Shown here: positions 54,530 through 59,973 of the stretch, piece after piece
Layout of the letters: each line of letters opens with the position of its first letter
Numbering within the stretch: position 1 is the first letter of the stretch
NCBI GenBank assembly: GCA_040384565.1
Contig: JAZKJC010000011.1
Location: 1 to 59,973 of the forward strand
From: Patescibacteria group bacterium
GTDB taxonomy: Bacteria; Patescibacteriota; Saccharimonadia; Saccharimonadales; JAZKJC01
DNA length: 59,973 nucleotides
Direction: 5' to 3'
Position numbers and translations under genes: made by a program
Notes under the pieces: generated by a model
The model's input: only the letters and a program-made list of their open reading frames with translations
Database searches by the model: none
Told to the model about the DNA's origin: nothing

Positions 54530-57500
54530 TTACTTCTTATTGGTAGCACTGATGCTGGCCGCAGCGCTGGCCGGGCCAATGTTACCGCTGCTGTCTACGG
54601 CTTTAACGGTGTAGCTATAGGCTGTGTTGGGCCTGGCCGTGGCGTCACCGTAGGTAGTGCTGGTGCTGCCTGGCGTAGTGGAGCCAATCTTAGTACCGTT
54701 ACGGTAAATGTCGTAATGGTCGACCCGGACATTGTCTGTGGCAGCCGTCCAGCGCAGGTTGACTTGGTTGGAGTTAATAATCGTAGGTATTAGGTTGATG
54801 GGGGCAGTTGGTGGGGTGGTGTCGCCGCCAGTAGTAGATGCAGCTGGGGTGATAACGCTAAGGATATTGCTGGTAGTAGTACTGATGTTGCCGGTGGTGT
54901 CTTTGGCTTTGAGGTAGTAGCTGTAAGTGCTGCTGTGGGATACGAAAGTGTCAGTGTAGGTAGTGGTGGAAGCTGGTAGGTCAGCAATAACGCTATTGCC
55001 TTTGTATAGCAAGTACCTGGCGGTGTCGGTGCTGGTGCTGGCAGTCCAGGCCAGGTCTACCTTGTTGTATGTAGGTGTGGTAGCTGTTTTGAGATCGTAG
55101 GGGGGAGCCGGCGGTGTGGTGTCTGGTGAGGCTGGCACCGGCACGTTGAGGGCATTACTGGCGGCACTGGCGTTATTGGCAGCATCGTAAGCTTTAACAG
55201 TATAGCTGTAGGTTGTGCCGGCGGCAAGGCCGGTGGTTGGCGTGTCGCTGAAGGTTGTGCCGGTCGGGTTGCCAATGGCGGTGTTATTTCTTAGGACTTG
55301 GTATTTGGTTACCCCTACATTATCGGTACTGACATCCCAAGCTAGGTCAACTTTGTTGTAGGTCGGTGTAGTAGTGGTGCGCGGGTTGGTGGGGGCAGCT
55401 GGTGGTGTGGTGTCAGCGGGGGGTGGCGTGGTAGTTGTTCCCTCGCCCAGGAACAGGCCGGCTAGGACGGCGTTCATGTTGGTTGTGGTGGAGGTGTTGG
55501 CGACACTAATGGTAATTGACCCGCCGGCAGATACCGTAACGGGAGCATTAATCCAGACACCGTTATTGAAGCTGCTGAGAATAACATTGCGTGAACCGCT
55601 GCCGTCAGTAACAGTAACAGTCTGGCGACGAAGGCCAGTGTCCCAGTCCACAGCGTAGAGGTGCAGGTTACCGCTGTAGGCTGAGCTGAAGTTCAGTTTG
55701 ACGTCGAACTGGGTATTGGTGTAGATCGCGGTAGCCCGACGAATGGTCTTGTCTGGGCTTTGCAGGGCCTGGGTGTCAGTCATGTTCATGTTCCATTGGT
55801 AACGTTCAGCGCCGTTAACGGTCATAGTTACGCCAGTAGGTAATGCTGTCAGGTCGGTGTGGCCTGCGTTCCAGTCGAACAAGACGTAGCCATCTTTACC
55901 ATAGGTACCGACCCAGTTGCCTTGGGGGGATTGGCTGGTGGTTAGGGCAGCAGCCGGTAGTGGGGTGGTACTTGGCGCCGGGTTGGACGGATCGGAGTTA
56001 TTACCTGCCCCGTCATAAGCTGTGACGGTATAGGTGTGGCTGCCTTGCAAGGGGGTACCGTCACCGTAACCTGTAGCCAAGGTGGTAGTGGTGTAAATGA
56101 CTTGTCCATCCCGCAGGATCTTGTAGCCCTTCAGGCCGGAACCGCCAGTGTCAGTGCTGGCTGTCCAGGACAGATTGATCTGGGTGGAGCTGACAGCTGT
56201 GGCGCTGAGGTTAGTAGGAGCGGTTGGCTTGATGGTGTCTGGAGCGACTAGGGTGGCAATGGTTTTGGAAGCAGCGCTGGAGTAGTTATTGGCCGCGTCT
56301 TTAGCCTTTACATAGTAGGTATAGCTCGTATTGGCTGCTAGTGAGGTATCGTTATATGACAAGTTTTGCGTACTAGGAATAAGAACACTCTCGGAGCCAG
56401 CGGGGCTGCTAGTAAGACGACGGCTTACTTGGTAGCCGGTGACACCAAAGTTGTCTGTGCTGGCCGTCCAGCTTAGGTTGACTTGGGTGGCGCTAGGAGT
56501 GGTGGCGTTTAGTGTACCTGGGGCAGTTGGCGGCGTGGTGTCAGGTGCGGCTAGTGTGGTGACGCTCAGCCCAGGAGACGCGGGAATACGGGCGGACTCT
56601 AGGCCTTCAGCATCAACTGCGGAAACCTGATAGGTATATGGAGTTTGTGGAGATAAACCAGTGCCCGAACCGGTATCGGTATAGGTTAGTTGGGTTGTAG
56701 TAGCGTAGAAGCTGCCATTGCGGTAGACGCGATATTGGGCTACGCCTTTGTCGTCAGTGGCGGCGTTCCAGGCTAGAGCAATGGAGTTAGATGTCACACT
56801 GGTGGCGCGCAGACTACTTGGAACTGTGGGCGGCGTATTGGGAGCAACGATGTTGAGTGACTTGGTTAGCGTGTTGTTATTTTCATTTAATTCATTTGGA
56901 AAAGCGTTTGAAGGGTCAACCACGGCCAGTACAGTATGCGACCCGGCGGTTGCCGTCCAGGTGCTAACACCACCCGGGCCGTCTACGCTGGTCAAGGTAC
57001 GGCTTTCGCCTGGAGCTAATGGCCAGCCGGCGCTACCATTCCAGCCTGCCGATGCCCCATCGACACTGAACGCAATAACGAGGCCTTCAGGCGTAGAAGC
57101 CGTGCCAACATTTTTAACGGTGGCACTGACGGTTACCAGGTTGCCGGACTGTGGTGAAGCAGGTGTCCAGGTGATGGAGTCCGGGACCACGATTAGGTCA
57201 GGCTGATCAGCAGAAGCCGGCGGCGGGACGTACCAGCATAGATAATTATCACCCCAAGAATGGGGGTCATACCCTTCGTTCACTAAGACACAGTCTGTTT
57301 CGGCGTCGTCAAGACTGCCGTTAAAACTCCAGCGTAAGGCTATATATGTATTTGTACACAAGACATTATCAGTCCAGGAATATGGATCGGCTGGCTCTTC
57401 AATACGCACACATTTAGATGGAACGACCAGATCTGCTGAGTAGTTAGTATTAAAGCTAAGCCCGACTTCCGGGCTGGCACACAGCACATTATCATTCCAC

Positions 57501-59839
57501 CCATGCGGATCAGCTGATTCATTTATATAGATGCATCCGGGGTTGAGAGGCTTAATTGAGGGTAAGTACTTGTTCCAGCATAAGAAATTATCTTCCCAGC
57601 CGTAGCCGCCACCGTCCCAATCGGACGGTTCTTCGATCTTTACACAGCCGGTGTCAGCGTCTTCATATATATTACCTCTCCAGCTCCAATCGAAGTGGAC
57701 GTTGGGATTAGAGGTACAGATAACGTTATCTCCCCAGGTGTCCGGGTCATCAGGTTCGTAGATACGGACACAGTTAGCTGGCAAATTGGTTGGGTCGGGG
57801 TGAGCGGTACTCCAAGTCAAACCAAGGTCGGGTGACATGCACAGGACATTGTCGTACCAGGGGGCAGTTTCAGATGTTTCGTTCATATTGATACAGCCGG
57901 CTGGCAGGGGCGCGCTTACCGAGCCAGGTTTATAGGTGTCCCAACACAAGAAGTTATCAGTCCAATAGTGGGGGTCTTCGGCTTCGTTCATTGATACGCA
58001 AGTTGTGTTGGTGTCAGAAATGTTGCCCCAGTAACTCCAGCGCAGATTTACATCTATTAGGGTACACAGTACGTTATCCCCCCAGGTATCCGGATCGCCT
58101 GGTTCGTACAACCCTACGCATTTGGGGGCAAGCGGATACTCGGGCGGCCAGGCACTGGTATAGCTCCAACCAAGGTCCTGGTTCGAACAAAGATGATTGT
58201 CCCCCCAGGCGTGTTCAGGCGGCTCGGATGATTCGTGAATTTGTACACAAGATCCGGGCAAACCATTACCATCGGAGGCGGTGTACCAGTTCATCTGGAG
58301 ATCACGCGGAATACGTTCTTGGGGCCAGGCGGTAGTCCAGGAGGCGGTTATGTTGGTGGGAGTGTAGTCTTTTGGCCAGGAGTCTGTGTATGTCATGCTG
58401 GTCTTGAAAGTGGGTAGTGGGGGTGGTGCGTTAGGATTATTTTCTATAACAACCCCTTTTAAGGCAGCACTGCCAAAGGGGTGTTTTGTGCCGTTGCCTT
58501 CAATTATAAAGTATCCGGCGTTATCTGCGGCAACTACAAATCCTATTGCAGGAGTGGTAACTCCAGTATTACCGGTTGAACCGTAAAAAACCGCATTACC
58601 GTAGCTGAATATTCCACCATCTTTGGCTAACATCCAATAGCCCTTACCATCCGCGGTAGATGTCATGGTTATTATGGGAGCGTTAAGTTTTATGTCGCCA
58701 GTTGACCCATAGAATGGAGCGTCGCCGTAAGCGAATATACCGCCATCCCCCGCTACCAACCAATACCCACTACCACTCGCGCTAGAAGAAATACCGACAA
58801 TTGGTAAATTTAGCTTTTTACCAGCCATAGACCCCCACGATTTCACGAACGCCGGGTCACCGAACGGGTAGACCGCACCATCGGCTCCCGCTAACCAGTA
58901 TCCCCGTCCACTAGGATGAGCGGCTATACCAACTATTTTGGCATTAATTGATTGACCGCCGGTTGAACCATAGAATGGAGCGTCGCCGTAAGCGAATATA
59001 CCGCCATCCTCAGCAAGCAACCAATATCCTCTACCAGTCGCACTGGCAACCATACCCTTCATATTGCTCACTTTACCTGCCATATCACCGTAATGCTGAG
59101 CGTTGGGACCATATGCCCGTACTTTTCCTGTAGATTCTACTACCCACCAGTTTTTGCGGTCTGGCGTCATGGCCGAACCCACCCCAGTAGCAACTGGAGC
59201 TGGCGGTGGTATGTCAGGCGGCGGTGTAATCGCAGCCCCACCCCAACAATCATTACAAAGCGCATACACCTGAACCACCCACAATGCACCAGCGCCATCA
59301 GTGTACGCACCAACACCAATAATGTTAAATTGGTCAGATACCATATTCTTATAGTGACCGGAGCTGGCTACAAAAGCATCAAATAAGGTCGCACTCCCTG
59401 TATAGCTCAAGCCCACGTTCTCAGCGAGTCTTGACCAAGAACGTGGCACTGTTCCACAATACTTTTCACTTAAACTGGCAAGGTTCGGATTATGGGATAT
59501 CGCTCCATTTGCTGCCATTTGCTGTGCCCATACCCGGGCCGCGGTGGTCAGACAACTCGAAGTTTTTAATGTTGCTACACCTTTTGAGGTACGTAACTTA
59601 TTTATACGGCTAACTTGGTCCTGTTCATCAGAAGGTGTAACCCCAGCGGCAAAAATCAGATACAGGACTGCCGCGCCAGATATAGCGAAAATCATAACAA
59701 ACAACATACCGCGTCGGGATCTCAATGGCGGCAGCTTAAAACGCTTGGGGTCACCGCCCACAATAGCAGCTATCCCCTGCTTATTATTTGGTAATTTTTT
59801 ACGTTTTAGCCGATTTTTGACTTTTTTAATCAAATTCAT
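54530..59839 (-). CDS. large surface protein: TM anchor, CAP domain, GYWL repeats, 9 Cys/Trp repeats, CARDB, multiple Fn3
   Basis: CAP (AENVG, SSGHYKNM), GYWLxAxDGGIFAYGDAPFYGS repeats, CxxxxExxDPxxWxDNxLC x9, ELNENNN, DTTPPTAP Fn3 units; start MNLIKK at 59839 preferred. Confidence 0.88.
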   Translation of the reverse strand: MNLIKKVKNRLKRKKLPNNKQGIAAIVGGDPKRFKLPPLRSRRGMLFVMIFAISGAAVLYLIFAAGVTPSDEQDQVSRINKLRTSKGVATLKTSSCLTTAARVWAQQMAANGAISHNPNLASLSEKYCGTVPRSWSRLAENVGLSYTGSATLFDAFVASSGHYKNMVSDQFNIIGVGAYTDGAGALWVVQVYALCNDCWGGAAITPPPDIPPPAPVATGVGSAMTPDRKNWWVVESTGKVRAYGPNAQHYGDMAGKVSNMKGMVASATGRGYWLLAEDGGIFAYGDAPFYGSTGGQSINAKIVGIAAHPSGRGYWLAGADGAVYPFGDPAFVKSWGSMAGKKLNLPIVGISSSASGSGYWLVAGDGGIFAYGDAPFYGSTGDIKLNAPIITMTSTADGKGYWMLAKDGGIFSYGNAVFYGSTGNTGVTTPAIGFVVAADNAGYFIIEGNGTKHPFGSAALKGVVIENNPNAPPPLPTFKTSMTYTDSWPKDYTPTNITASWTTAWPQERIPRDLQMNWYTASDGNGLPGSCVQIHESSEPPEHAWGDNHLCSNQDLGWSYTSAWPPEYPLAPKCVGLYEPGDPDTWGDNVLCTLIDVNLRWSYWGNISDTNTTCVSMNEAEDPHYWTDNFLCWDTYKPGSVSAPLPAGCINMNETSETAPWYDNVLCMSPDLGLTWSTAHPDPTNLPANCVRIYEPDDPDTWGDNVICTSNPNVHFDWSWRGNIYEDADTGCVKIEEPSDWDGGGYGWEDNFLCWNKYLPSIKPLNPGCIYINESADPHGWNDNVLCASPEVGLSFNTNYSADLVVPSKCVRIEEPADPYSWTDNVLCTNTYIALRWSFNGSLDDAETDCVLVNEGYDPHSWGDNYLCWYVPPPASADQPDLIVVPDSITWTPASPQSGNLVTVSATVKNVGTASTPEGLVIAFSVDGASAGWNGSAGWPLAPGESRTLTSVDGPGGVSTWTATAGSHTVLAVVDPSNAFPNELNENNNTLTKSLNIVAPNTPPTVPSSLRATSVTSNSIALAWNAATDDKGVAQYRVYRNGSFYATTTQLTYTDTGSGTGLSPQTPYTYQVSAVDAEGLESARIPASPGLSVTTLAAPDTTPPTAPGTLNATTPSATQVNLSWTASTDNFGVTGYQVSRRLTSSPAGSESVLIPSTQNLSYNDTSLAANTSYTYYVKAKDAANNYSSAASKTIATLVAPDTIKPTAPTNLSATAVSSTQINLSWTASTDTGGSGLKGYKILRDGQVIYTTTTLATGYGDGTPLQGSHTYTVTAYDGAGNNSDPSNPAPSTTPLPAAALTTSQSPQGNWVGTYGKDGYVLFDWNAGHTDLTALPTGVTMTVNGAERYQWNMNMTDTQALQSPDKTIRRATAIYTNTQFDVKLNFSSAYSGNLHLYAVDWDTGLRRQTVTVTDGSGSRNVILSSFNNGVWINAPVTVSAGGSITISVANTSTTTNMNAVLAGLFLGEGTTTTPPPADTTPPAAPTNPRTTTTPTYNKVDLAWDVSTDNVGVTKYQVLRNNTAIGNPTGTTFSDTPTTGLAAGTTYSYTVKAYDAANNASAASNALNVPVPASPDTTPPAPPYDLKTATTPTYNKVDLAWTASTSTDTARYLLYKGNSVIADLPASTTTYTDTFVSHSSTYSYYLKAKDTTGNISTTTSNILSVITPAASTTGGDTTPPTAPINLIPTIINSNQVNLRWTAATDNVRVDHYDIYRNGTKIGSTTPGSTSTTYGDATARPNTAYSYTVKAVDSSGNIGPASAAASISATNKK

Positions 59840-59973
59840 GTTTCTCACACTAATAATTATGTTTATGGTAACACCTCGAAAATCATTGTCAATGATTACC
59901 TCTAAGGTCAAAAAATTTACCTGAATCTCGAAACCTACCACCCCATCTGTAACAACTGGTATCCAAGCAGTAT

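Noticed and set aside
54732-59924. Numerous plus-strand ORFs antisense to the large surface protein and other core genes
   Set aside because: They are shadow ORFs of well-supported opposite-strand genes with no recognisable motifs.
1-59973. Alternative genetic code (UGA=Gly), tRNA or rRNA genes
   Set aside because: RF2 is present, TGA ends several conserved genes at expected lengths, and I saw no cloverleaf or rRNA-like segment.

Overview
About 60 kb of chromosome from a small-genome Patescibacteria (CPR) bacterium, most likely Saccharibacteria. This is inferred from the gene set (class I LysRS, homodimeric GlyRS, short EF-Ts, many leaderless promoters); genetic code 11 fits. The backbone is mostly minus-strand housekeeping genes (glyQS, recO, xseAB, rpmA, pyrG, ctpA, ftsEX, prfB, secA, hpf, serS, msrA, lysS, greA, proS, rseP, uppS, frr, tsf, rpsB, rpmE, prfA, prmC). 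Accessory genes include a RelBE-type TA pair, a NYN protein, a divergent heliorhodopsin, a PEP-utilizer with two His domains and a 1770-aa surface protein. I found no tRNA, rRNA, CRISPR array, transposase or reverse transcriptase. The most striking unexplained signal is a pervasive set of 7-bp-period repeats. (i) A four-helix-bundle (bAvd/23S-IVP-like) gene sits inside 28-bp heptamer-built inverted repeats, and ORF-less copies of the same element occur elsewhere. (ii) Several other heptamer arrays or hairpins, each with a different unit, sit at housekeeping gene junctions. (iii) Heptamer arrays lie in frame inside prfA, prmC and a TRM11-like methyltransferase, apparently overwriting rather than lengthening the protein. 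There are also several families of long covarying palindromes, some inside CDSs, a Pro-rich leader-peptide attenuator before proB-proS, a His-less kinase paired with an Asp-less receiver, and a synonymous-diverged rpmA relic. Several single-base frameshifts may be assembly errors.
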